63,040 nt of DNA from NCBI GenBank assembly GCA_019058275.1, contig JAHLVW010000057.1:1-63040 (forward strand), read 5' to 3'. Position numbers and translations under genes: made by a program. Origin of the DNA: Candidatus Heimdallarchaeota archaeon (GTDB lineage: Archaea > Asgardarchaeota > Heimdallarchaeia > JABLTI01). The number at the start of each line of letters is the position of its first letter. Positions within the stretch are counted from its first letter, which is position 1. The notes under the pieces are model-generated. The model did not search any database and had not been told where the DNA came from. It saw only the letters and a list, made by a program, of their open reading frames with translations. Below, in pieces: positions 20,289-28,681 of this stretch.

Positions 20289-21980
20289 TTAAATATTGAC
20301 AATTTTCTTACTAAGATATTGTTCCTTTAATTTTGCACAATACTTGTGCGTTGCTATCAAATCCTTAGTAATCCTGTTATTTTCGATTTCTATAATTCGA
20401 CTATTAGGAATTATTGATACTAAATCATGAGTAACTGCAAGAACAGATGCATTAGTGCTCATTACATATTCAGCAAGAAGATTTATTATTTTACGTTTGT
20501 TCAGTTCATCTAAGTTAGCAGTAGGTTCATCAATTAACATAATCTTGGGAGATAAGAGTAATCCCAAAAGAATTGATGCTCTTTTCTTTTCTCCTTGGGA
20601 GTAATTCTCTACAAGCTGATTCTTAATGTCATCCAATGAGAGATATTGTAATAAATAATTCAAACTATAGAAATTCTGATGTTCTTCTTTTTTATTAGTT
20701 GAAAAATAATTGATATTTTCAATAAGATTCATGGAAGGATACAAGTTTATATATTGTGAGGAGTAATACACTGATTGAGATCTCAATTTTTCAATTAATG
20801 AGAGATTAGATGGTCGGATTTCTTCACCAAGAATATTAATATATCCTGTAAAGTCCAAATCAATGCCTGATATAAGATTCAAAAGTGTTGTTTTCCCAGT
20901 ACCAGATGGACCAATTAGAAATACTAATTCACCAGGATATAATTGAAAATCTATATTTTGTAAAATTAATTCTTTACTTGGGGAATAATAGAATTTTGTT
21001 AAGTCTTTGCACTCTAAAATACTTATCTCACTTTTATTTCGTTTTCTTGGTTGATATTTTGGGATTTCTATTTGGGAAATTTCTTTTACTTCAAAACTTT
21101 CTGGTGATTCAGGATTTTCAAGATAGATTTTTTTCGTTGTGTGATCAACAATAAATTTCACTTTTTTCTTCAGTGATAAAAGGTCTTTGATTTGGTTTGG
21201 GAGGAATAAGTAAGAAAAACTATCAATATGAGAAACAAACATTTCAGATGTAAGGGGTTTATCCTTTTCACTTACCTCTGGCAAATCTTCTTGAGCATAA
21301 ATGGCTCCTAGTCTACCATTAAAAATTAGAAACGATTCAGAGACCACAGAAAAGTAAATGGGATCATGGCTAACAACAATAACGGTAGTTTTTTCCTCTT
21401 GATTTATTTTTTTAAGAAGATCCAAGATAATTTTAGAGTTCTTTTTATCAAGTTGACCAGTAGGTTCATCAGCCAATAATATTGGTGGAGAGTTTACGAG
21501 GGAAATTGCTAAACTAACTCGCATACTTTCTCCCATTGAAAGCTGCTTTGCTCTTCTGAGAGAGAGATGTTTGATTTCCATTTTTTCAAGTATTTCATCA
21601 ACTTGTTTTTTTGATTCTTCCAAGCTCCTACCAATAAGTCTTGTTGGTACCATTAGATTCCGTTCAACAGTTAAATCAGGAAATAGATTATAATGCGGTA
21701 TTTGATTAAGGAATCCAATTTTTTGTAAACGAAAATTGTATAATTCTTTCTTAGACATTAAATCAATGTCTTGAGAAAGAACATTCACTTTACCACTGGT
21801 TGGTTGTTCTAAACCACTAATCATTCTCATGAGTGTAGATTTCCCAGCACCACTAGGTCCAATAATTGAAACAAAACTACCACTCTTAACATCTAAATCA
21901 CAACCACTTAAGGCAACAATGGAACGACCTAATTCAGGATTTGGATAAATTTTAGTTACTGCCTCTAGATTAATCATCAT
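20289..21980 (-). CDS. ABC transporter ATP-binding protein with two LolD/MacB-type NBDs and an AbrB-like linker
   Basis: GPSGAGKS/LSMGE/LADEPTGQLD and GPSGTGKT/YSQGE/LIDEPTANLD. Confidence 0.9.
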   Translation of the reverse strand: MMINLEAVTKIYPNPELGRSIVALSGCDLDVKSGSFVSIIGPSGAGKSTLMRMISGLEQPTSGKVNVLSQDIDLMSKKELYNFRLQKIGFLNQIPHYNLFPDLTVERNLMVPTRLIGRSLEESKKQVDEILEKMEIKHLSLRRAKQLSMGESMRVSLAISLVNSPPILLADEPTGQLDKKNSKIILDLLKKINQEEKTTVIVVSHDPIYFSVVSESFLIFNGRLGAIYAQEDLPEVSEKDKPLTSEMFVSHIDSFSYLFLPNQIKDLLSLKKKVKFIVDHTTKKIYLENPESPESFEVKEISQIEIPKYQPRKRNKSEISILECKDLTKFYYSPSKELILQNIDFQLYPGELVFLIGPSGTGKTTLLNLISGIDLDFTGYINILGEEIRPSNLSLIEKLRSQSVYYSSQYINLYPSMNLIENINYFSTNKKEEHQNFYSLNYLLQYLSLDDIKNQLVENYSQGEKKRASILLGLLLSPKIMLIDEPTANLDELNKRKIINLLAEYVMSTNASVLAVTHDLVSIIPNSRIIEIENNRITKDLIATHKYCAKLKEQYLSKKIVNI

Positions 21981-23278
21981 GTACCCTCCATAATTGATGG
22001 TTGAAACTCAAAGAATTTCTTCTGATAAAAATGTCTAATGAGAATGTCAACACCTATTAGAGCCACTAATATGACTGACAAATAGAGTGAAAACTGGGAG
22101 TAATAAGGAACTTTCAGAATCCAATTCTCTGCTTTAATTAGAACTCTAAGAAGATAAACAAGAGAACCAATTCCAGCTCTACAACTAATTGGAAGAATTA
22201 GAAGTAAAACAAATAAATACTCAAAAAGGAAATTACTTGAAATAGTCTTAACTGAAAATCCTCGATAACGTAAAACCAGTATCCTTTCTCGTCGAGTATT
22301 AAGCATATCTTGTACTAGAACAATACCTACAATGAAAAATGAAATACCTACAAAAACACCTGTTGTAATAGATAGTGCTATGATACTTGTAGCAAAAGTT
22401 GGCAAGTAATCTGGATAAACATCGATCCAAGTTGTATGTATAATTGAATAAGGTGTTGATTGTAATGCTTGTAAAAATGTTTGCATTTCTGATTGTTTGT
22501 TGAGTTTAATGATAATAGCTTCCTCTAATGATACAATTGAAATATCTTCATTATGTTGAAGAATTACTTGAAAAGCTGATTCAGTCATGACCAGAAAAGG
22601 AATAGAGTTTTTTTCGAAATGATATGTTGAAAGTTGATAGTCATTCAATAATAGTGGGAAAAGATGAAACTTATCAAAAACTTTGAATTCTTGTTCAATG
22701 AATTGCTCATCATCAGCTGAAATGTTGTTAAAGCCCAATACAATGCTATTGCTTTCTGAACCATAGACAATTCTACTATTAAGAAACACATCCTCTGATT
22801 GAGTAAGAATAGAATTTGGAGTATCGCTGAATTCCTCTAAACCATCTTTTACAATTCCCAAATCATAATCCTTGGAATAAGAGATTGTAGATCCAAAGGT
22901 TTGCGAGATAACTAATACCTGATAATCAATGTCAAAAATTGATAACTGAACAAGAGAATAATTTGCAGCAGATTGGACAGAAGGAATCCCTGACATATCT
23001 GAAAGTAAAGATGAAGTGTTAGAAGGATTTTCTAATTGGATAGCAACATCTAAACCCAGATCAAATTTAGCTGAGTTAGTAGCATGTTGTGATAAATAAG
23101 CTGGAACTAGAAATGATTGAATAAAGAGAAGAAATGAAAGGGTTATGAAAAAGGATTGCTTCTTATGATGTTGAAAAGCAAGAGAAAGATTATGTAGGAT
23201 AATCGAGAATTTTTTAGTACCTTTTTTCCAGAGAGAATGAGATAACTTAACTATTTGTTTCAATAACGAATTAATCAA
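21977..23278 (-). CDS. FtsX/MacB-like ABC permease, probably N-terminally truncated
   Basis: RRERILVLRYRGFS...FLFEY motif, TM-ectodomain-3TM layout. Confidence 0.75.
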   Translation of the reverse strand: MINSLLKQIVKLSHSLWKKGTKKFSIILHNLSLAFQHHKKQSFFITLSFLLFIQSFLVPAYLSQHATNSAKFDLGLDVAIQLENPSNTSSLLSDMSGIPSVQSAANYSLVQLSIFDIDYQVLVISQTFGSTISYSKDYDLGIVKDGLEEFSDTPNSILTQSEDVFLNSRIVYGSESNSIVLGFNNISADDEQFIEQEFKVFDKFHLFPLLLNDYQLSTYHFEKNSIPFLVMTESAFQVILQHNEDISIVSLEEAIIIKLNKQSEMQTFLQALQSTPYSIIHTTWIDVYPDYLPTFATSIIALSITTGVFVGISFFIVGIVLVQDMLNTRRERILVLRYRGFSVKTISSNFLFEYLFVLLLILPISCRAGIGSLVYLLRVLIKAENWILKVPYYSQFSLYLSVILVALIGVDILIRHFYQKKFFEFQPSIMEGT

Positions 23279-24261
23279 AATAAAGAGTAAACATCAACTG
23301 ACTTTCTCCACCGGTTCTTACTTTTGGTTACATTTTTACCATCGATATACACTATTCGATTAAGGAATATATCACGTTCTTTTGCTAATTGAACTAATGA
23401 ATCGTAATACTCACTTTTAACAATACTAGTAAATTCAGAATCAATATGTATTTGTCTAATGGTCTTAGGATTAACTGTTATTGCTTGTTTTATATACTCA
23501 ATAACATCATCATGATTGAGATGAGCTTTTATTTTAGCAATTTCATATAGTGTTCGTAAATTCGTTGGTTGTAAATCATTTAATTTAACCCAATAACGTA
23601 ATGCACAAGGAAAATCTTTTTCCTTTTGAGTATTTTCAGCAAGTGAAACTAATACATCACAATCTTCAGAATCAATTCCAAATAATTTTTCTAACAGTTC
23701 TAAACCTTTCTGATAAAAACCCATTTCGAAATATTTCATGCCAATATGCTTTAGAGCTGGAGGGAAATCTGGTTTTATTGCCAATATTTGAGAATAAAAT
23801 TCATCTGCCTTACTAAATTCACCAAATTTCCAAAAATAATCACCTAATCTAACTAAAGTAATATCATCCTTTGGATTAATTTTCAATATTTTATACCAAA
23901 GATCTAGTGCATTAAGTGGTTGATTTGATTCCATGAAAGTAAGAGCAATATTATATAATGCTCGAGTATCATTTGGATTTAATTCCAAAACTCTATGCCA
24001 AGATCTTAAAGCTTGTTCTTTTCTATCTAAACGACTGTATGCTACTCCTAAATTTAACCAGTATTCAGATTCTTTAGAATTCAATTTTATAGCTCGAAGA
24101 AAATGATTTTTTCCTACAGTTATTCTGCCATCAGTCGAATACCATAATCCAAGTTGATTGTGTGAATCATCATCATCAGGATATGTTTTAACAGTTCGCT
24201 GGAAGTCATAAATTCTTTTTCGAATAAGTTCTTTTCTAGGATCATAAAACATGTTAAACAC
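23275..24261 (-). CDS. Tetratricopeptide-repeat protein (possibly C-terminally truncated)
   Basis: Repeated W.NLG.AY...A....LELNP.D TPR consensus. Confidence 0.88.
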   Translation of the reverse strand: MFNMFYDPRKELIRKRIYDFQRTVKTYPDDDDSHNQLGLWYSTDGRITVGKNHFLRAIKLNSKESEYWLNLGVAYSRLDRKEQALRSWHRVLELNPNDTRALYNIALTFMESNQPLNALDLWYKILKINPKDDITLVRLGDYFWKFGEFSKADEFYSQILAIKPDFPPALKHIGMKYFEMGFYQKGLELLEKLFGIDSEDCDVLVSLAENTQKEKDFPCALRYWVKLNDLQPTNLRTLYEIAKIKAHLNHDDVIEYIKQAITVNPKTIRQIHIDSEFTSIVKSEYYDSLVQLAKERDIFLNRIVYIDGKNVTKSKNRWRKSVDVYSLF

Positions 24262-24382
24262 TCAAAGATACTCTCAAATCTTTTCTTAATAAATTACTAA
24301 TTTAGCTTTTTCATGGAAAAATAACTTTTCTTTACTTGAGTAAGTATTTCAGCAGGTACTTGATTTTCTTTAAAATTTGTCT

Positions 24383-24994
24383 TTACATTTCCTTATACCC
24401 AATGATTCTTACTTTGTTTTGACCAATTAATCGTTTTAATTCGGTTTCAATATCATACGAATCCGCTATTGTTTCATTAATTAATTCTTCTCGCAATTTT
24501 TCTTCTTCTTTTTCTGTTAATTTAAGGTATTTTCTCTCTCTTATCCATTCTTCCTCTATCTCTCTTATTTCTTCCTCTATTTGTTCATTTTCTTGTATCA
24601 AATTGATGATATCTTTTGTTTTCTCTCTTTCCTTATAATTCGCATCATTATAATATTGCCACAATCTATCAACTAAGATATGTTCTTTATTAATCATGTA
24701 TTTTCTTTTCTGATGTTTCAGTACGCCTTCCTTCACTACTCTTTGCAATTTTTCTATTAATCTACTTCTCTTAAGAGGTATTTTTTTCTGTAATTCTACT
24801 AGTGAATATTTCTTTGTATATCCTTTCTCTATTTTTTCTGTTAGAAGCAATTTTATAATTTGGTATGCGAATTCTCCTTCATGTACAGTAATTCTTAGTA
24901 GATTTTTGGTTATCCTTCCTTGATCTTTTATTGAGATTTTTGTTAATCTTTCCAAATCATTAGCTATTGTTTCCTTTCCTATTTCTTCACTCAT
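24383..24994 (-). CDS. Winged-helix / coiled-coil hypothetical protein in the Cas1 operon
   Basis: YSLVELQKKIPLKRSRLIEKLQRVVKEGVL wHTH pattern; E-rich coil. Confidence 0.6.
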   Translation of the reverse strand: MSEEIGKETIANDLERLTKISIKDQGRITKNLLRITVHEGEFAYQIIKLLLTEKIEKGYTKKYSLVELQKKIPLKRSRLIEKLQRVVKEGVLKHQKRKYMINKEHILVDRLWQYYNDANYKEREKTKDIINLIQENEQIEEEIREIEEEWIRERKYLKLTEKEEEKLREELINETIADSYDIETELKRLIGQNKVRIIGYKEM

Positions 24995-25000
24995 TTACCT

Positions 25001-26860
25001 TCATCCTTCCTTTAATGCTAACGGTTTAAATCCTATTTCGTTATGGTAATTTCTTAATTCTTTAACAAACTGGTCTTTTTCTTTTCTATCTAATAATCCC
25101 CATACTCCTTCTCTTATAATTGCCCAAGGTTGAAATGTCACCCCATGATGTTTTATTTCATAGTTGTTACTTTTTATTATGAGATCATTCAACCAATACT
25201 TTCCTTCTAAATAATAGTCATTTATTTTGCTCCTTCCTGTTTTACCATTCATTTTACTGTTTAATGCTTCTTTCACGATTTGTTCTAATTGTTCATTAAG
25301 TTCAGATTGTGGATATACAAAAAACACTTTTTGCCTTCTTCTACCATATTTATATTGTACTTGATTAGGAATTATTTCTTCATTCACTAATGCTTCTATT
25401 AGGAAAGGCAAAACTACAAGTTTAATTGGTTCAGACATATCTAAGTGAAGTCCAAACACCCCTCCCTTTGTTTTTCCATGACATATTCCTGGTAATCCAT
25501 CCCAACAAAAATTAATTTTTGTGCAATATTCTTTCACATAATCTCTCGCTTTGTCATAAACACCATTTATTAGTGTATCAATCGCTGAATAAGAAAAGTG
25601 TAACCCGTATGGTTTGAAATTATCCTGCATTAATCGAGCTGACCCTCTGCCTGGAAAGTATATTCCTATTTTCTCGAAAAAGGCTGCTAATGTCCACCAC
25701 ATATTCTTTGCAGCATCTCTGTCTAGATCGTTCCACTCACTTGGAGTTATTGATGTTTTTCTATTTAATTCTTGTATTTTTGTTTCAATCAGTGTTAAAG
25801 TAGATTTCAATTTCTCTTTATCGAGATGATGAGATATTCTTTGAAGGATTGTTCTTCTGCTTACTAATGTTGCTAAACAAAATTCTTTATTAGCAATCTT
25901 TGTTTCCCGTAGTATATTTAGTATTCCAACTTGCTGTTTTATTGGTGGTGGGCTTTTAATTTTCTCTCCGCCAAAAATCACATGAATTTTTTTATACCCT
26001 TTTGATGGCAAAACATCTAAAAGATAATCATAATCCGATTTTTTTCTAGCAACGATATATTCTAGAGTTGTGAGTTTTCCTACCCAGTTACAAACAACTA
26101 ATGTTTTTGTATTGAAATTGAGTATACAAGATTTAAGATCAGGTATAACAATACCGTGTTTTGTACCAACATATGGGACAATAGTGGAGAAGATGCCTGA
26201 TGCTTTGTAGAAATGTTCCCTATAGACATCCCCTTTTTCTTCTGCATAAATCACTCGAAAGAGATTTTCTTTTTCCTTAAACACAAGTTTGATAATTGAC
26301 TCACAATTTATGCAACGTATAACAGAGCTTCCAAGTTTCGCGATAAATCCATTGCCTATGGGAAGTTCTTCGCCACAAAATTTACAGTGATAACTTGTTT
26401 TGTATCCTGTTTTTGTTCTTGTTACTTTTCTTGTTTCATCCAAAAAATCTTGAAATTTCTTTCTTTCCCAATTTGTTTTTCGATCTATGAACCATTGACA
26501 AGCTATCGTATCATGATCCAGCTTCTTCATTACTCGTCGTGGTTCTTCGATGTATCCTGCATCTGCAAGTTCTTCATAAAAAATACAAGTATCGATAGTA
26601 CTTTTGTTATGACAATTCTTACATTTTTTTCCAATAAATTCAGGCCAAGTATTTTTAGATAATTTATAAAATGCTATTCTTCCCTTAAACCAAACAACTT
26701 CTTTTTTATCAACTCGCTTCTCTTTTTCAAGAATTTTAATGTTTTTAGCAACAAATGCATTCGAACATCCTAATTGGTTCTCAATATTCTTGACAGTTAT
26801 GGGGTATACCCCTGTGTGGTTACTAATTAGTGTTAAGATTTTTTCTTGGATTTCATTCAA
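25001..26860 (-). CDS. cas1: Highly diverged stand-alone Cas1 homolog (casposase/Asgard Cas1-like) with N-terminal wHTH and Zn fingers
   Basis: C-terminal Cas1 motif series LDRDAAKNMW...FPGR...IDTLINGVY...GLPGICH...LHLDMSEPIK; N-terminal HTH, CKNC, CKFC, CINC. Confidence 0.75.
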   Translation of the reverse strand: MNEIQEKILTLISNHTGVYPITVKNIENQLGCSNAFVAKNIKILEKEKRVDKKEVVWFKGRIAFYKLSKNTWPEFIGKKCKNCHNKSTIDTCIFYEELADAGYIEEPRRVMKKLDHDTIACQWFIDRKTNWERKKFQDFLDETRKVTRTKTGYKTSYHCKFCGEELPIGNGFIAKLGSSVIRCINCESIIKLVFKEKENLFRVIYAEEKGDVYREHFYKASGIFSTIVPYVGTKHGIVIPDLKSCILNFNTKTLVVCNWVGKLTTLEYIVARKKSDYDYLLDVLPSKGYKKIHVIFGGEKIKSPPPIKQQVGILNILRETKIANKEFCLATLVSRRTILQRISHHLDKEKLKSTLTLIETKIQELNRKTSITPSEWNDLDRDAAKNMWWTLAAFFEKIGIYFPGRGSARLMQDNFKPYGLHFSYSAIDTLINGVYDKARDYVKEYCTKINFCWDGLPGICHGKTKGGVFGLHLDMSEPIKLVVLPFLIEALVNEEIIPNQVQYKYGRRRQKVFFVYPQSELNEQLEQIVKEALNSKMNGKTGRSKINDYYLEGKYWLNDLIIKSNNYEIKHHGVTFQPWAIIREGVWGLLDRKEKDQFVKELRNYHNEIGFKPLALKEG

Positions 26861-26880
26861 GACAAAATCCCCTTACATTA

Positions 26881-27618
26881 TTATTTGTGAATTAATTTCA
26901 AATTTCTCTTTGAATGATTTATAATTAAATCCAGCTCTTCTTTAGATGGAACATATGGATTAATTATCTCATCCGAATTCACCTCTCCAACTGATTCATC
27001 GTCGTTTTCAAATTCACAGTATTTCTCATACATCTTATCCCTAAATGATACGATTTCAGTTTTTATGATGTCTTCAATTGGAGAATTCACATTGGCATAC
27101 GTTCTTTCTGTTAGTATCTTACTAACCAAATCATTCAAATCAGCATCTGTAATATTTTCTAATATAATTTCAATTCTTTTTTCTTCCATCTTTTTCTTTT
27201 GTATTTTTTCTCGAAGATTTTGTTTCTCGTGTTTTAATTGTTGGCTTAATTGTAGAAGATCTTTTTTTCTTTCATTTATTGTTTGTGAGCTATAAAAATC
27301 ATCACATAAAATAGCTAGTCTTGGATATAATTCATCATCAGATAAAGTATGTTTTACCCATACTTTCTTCTGAACTTTTTTTGTTTCGATCAAACTTTTT
27401 TCTTGTAATGATTTTAGTGCTTTAACTACTGATTTCTCATGTCTTCCTATATTATGAGCTAATTTCTTTAATCCACCAGTGAACCATTCATCCATTCCTT
27501 TGATAATTCTCCATAGAAAATAATAGATTATGTTTTGTTCAACTTTGGTTAACAATAAAATTTGGTAAGACATTTTGCTTATTCCTAGTTGTTTTGTACT
27601 AATCATATTCTTTGACAA
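26881..27618 (-). CDS. Winged-helix DNA-binding protein with coiled coil
   Basis: LKKLAHNIGRHEKSVVKALKSLQEKSLIE. Confidence 0.7.
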   Translation of the reverse strand: MSKNMISTKQLGISKMSYQILLLTKVEQNIIYYFLWRIIKGMDEWFTGGLKKLAHNIGRHEKSVVKALKSLQEKSLIETKKVQKKVWVKHTLSDDELYPRLAILCDDFYSSQTINERKKDLLQLSQQLKHEKQNLREKIQKKKMEEKRIEIILENITDADLNDLVSKILTERTYANVNSPIEDIIKTEIVSFRDKMYEKYCEFENDDESVGEVNSDEIINPYVPSKEELDLIINHSKRNLKLIHK

Positions 27619-28441
27619 AATCTTTTATAAAAAGCTAAAAACGGTTTTTTTGACGCTTAAATATAAAATAACCGTTAACCATTTGAGAATATTGTTGGAA
27701 GAAGGTTTCACTATAAGTAAAACAGAATTTATTGCATACTTGCATTGTTCATTTAAATTTTACATATTAAAGGAACTTAATAACGATGCGAAATCGGGAG
27801 CTACTTGGATAACTGATCTTACTGATCATAGACCAGATATACAAGAAGGTTTGAAATGGCATCAATGGTTTAATGATTTTTATAATAAATATGGAGAAGA
27901 TATACGTAATGGTGTTTATCCAATTATTAACGGAAAAGATGAAATTTTAAAAAAGAAATTCATCGATTTAGAGATAAAACGTTATAATAATTCTCCGCAG
28001 TTTTGGGAGCCTATTGGAACAGAGTTTATGCTTAATGATAATTATCTCAAAGGAAAAATTGATCGTATTGATAAAGTAAATGAACAAGGTCATTGTCGAA
28101 TTATTGAATATAAAAAGAATCCAGGGTTTTTTGATAAAGAAGAATTATTATTTTATACATTATTATTATCTAATACTCTTCCACACCCGGGGTTACCTGG
28201 AATCATACAAGTAACTCAGATAGGGACCTATTATTATAATATCGGAGAATTCAATATTGATAGTATTAGTCTTAATGAAAGACAAAAGTTTGAGCAATTT
28301 TTGCATAATATTCGGAAAGAAATGCTACAACCTAATCTAGCTAAAAATCAAAATTGTAATTTTAAACGTACAAATTGCTTATATCATGAAATTTGTCGTA
28401 GAATAAGGATAGAAAAAACAGATATTTTATCGGACTTCTAA
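27575..28441 (+). CDS. Cas4/AddB-like PD-(D/E)XK nuclease with 4-Cys Fe-S motif (true start probably TTG at 27683-27695)
   Basis: ISKTEFIAYLHC...GLKWH...LKGKIDRIDK...IIEYKK...C-terminal C-x6-C-x5-C. Confidence 0.8.
   Translation: MLIPSCFVLIIFFDKIFYKKLKTVFLTLKYKITVNHLRILLEEGFTISKTEFIAYLHCSFKFYILKELNNDAKSGATWITDLTDHRPDIQEGLKWHQWFNDFYNKYGEDIRNGVYPIINGKDEILKKKFIDLEIKRYNNSPQFWEPIGTEFMLNDNYLKGKIDRIDKVNEQGHCRIIEYKKNPGFFDKEELLFYTLLLSNTLPHPGLPGIIQVTQIGTYYYNIGEFNIDSISLNERQKFEQFLHNIRKEMLQPNLAKNQNCNFKRTNCLYHEICRRIRIEKTDILSDF
27622..27676. promoter_or_regulatory. Divergent promoter of the Cas1/Cas4 module with inverted repeat AACGGTT...AACCGTT
   Basis: TATA-like TTTTATAA and TTAAATATA; inverted half-sites at 27640-27646 and 27670-27676. 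Confidence 0.45.
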
Positions 28442-28551
28442 GGTTTGACGAATTTTTCATACAAACTATAACATGATTAAATGTTTTTCATAAAGATAAA
28501 AAATCGGACTTTGTTGGTTTTTCTACCAATAAAGATATTTTATCGGACTTT
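28420..28551 (+). repeat. Three direct repeats (T)AAAGATA(TTTT/AAAAA)ATCGGACTT
   Basis: Copies at 28420-28437, 28491-28512 and 28530-28551. Confidence 0.7.
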
Positions 28552-28681
28552 CGAAAAAGTTAGCAAGGTTAAGAATGTGAAAAAATCGATCTAGGAGTGT
28601 AAGAAAAGGAAAAAAGTGGTGGAAACACCTCCCTCATATATTATAAGGTTCTTTGTAGAGCTTTCTAAAGCAAAATCACAA

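Noticed and set aside
28612-28635. Minus-strand ...TCCACCA end resembling another tRNA 3' fragment
   Set aside because: No T-arm; better explained as a GGTG-TTTC-CACC hairpin plus T-run terminator for the LAGLIDADG gene
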